Below, in pieces: positions 63,691 to 64,000 of a stretch of DNA of 64,000 bases. The position numbers and the translations under genes are program-made. The stretch comes from Botryllus schlosseri (taxonomy: Eukaryota), in the NCBI GenBank assembly GCA_051294905.1, contig CM119371.1, positions 33,544,001 to 33,608,000 of the forward strand, written 5' to 3'. The notes beneath the pieces were generated by a model that worked only from the letters and a program-made list of their open reading frames with translations, was not told the origin of the DNA and did not search any database. The stretch's first letter is position 1, and each line of letters opens with the position of its first letter.

Positions 63691-64000
63691 ACCATGACTA
63701 GGTTTTTCAGTGACTAAGGAATCGATATTGGGGCTGGGCAGACGTGTTACTAGCTGAAATACTATCTCATCATAAGGATTGATCTTGTGGGAAATCCCTA
63801 GGCCGTTTTCTAAGCGTCTCGATCAAAGTAGTGGTCTCGACCATTGTACGTCAAGGCAATATGCTCATTGCTTATATCAACTTACTCTCCATCGATGCTT
63901 CCATGACCGAAGTTTGTCAGCTAGTGAGGAATAGTGTTATTGGGCACAGGCGAATAGCTTATTTTGAAACAACTACAATAATTTGACACTGTAATCAATT

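Noticed and set aside
63445..63717. ORFs rich in GV/PT dipeptides
   Set aside because: Translation of (GGAGTC)n subterminal repeats of a hAT MITE.

Overview
AT-rich animal (invertebrate-like) nuclear DNA dominated by transposable elements; the species cannot be determined from sequence alone. There are no prokaryotic operons, rRNA or CRISPR arrays. Retroelements: a near full-length but frameshifted RLE-type (NeSL/Utopia-like) non-LTR retrotransposon (5639-10988, minus strand); a 5'-truncated Penelope-like element with inverted pseudo-LTRs and minimal hammerhead ribozymes (53989-55164), plus a third pLTR copy abutting the NeSL-like 5' end; Gypsy remnants; and tRNA-derived SINEs. DNA transposons: about 20 (hAT, piggyBac, CACTA), many with intact target-site duplications and nested up to three deep. 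Also present is a diverged ~1.3-1.45 kb tandem array. Between the TEs, and mostly missed by the ORF track, lies a spliced plus-strand gene relic. Its exons join in phase to give a SMUG1-like uracil-DNA glycosylase domain fused to an ET-like GIY-YIG nuclease domain (~12.4-30.7 kb), and it carries nonsense and frameshift lesions. This is the most interesting candidate. All protein family calls are by-eye motif matches, not database searches.
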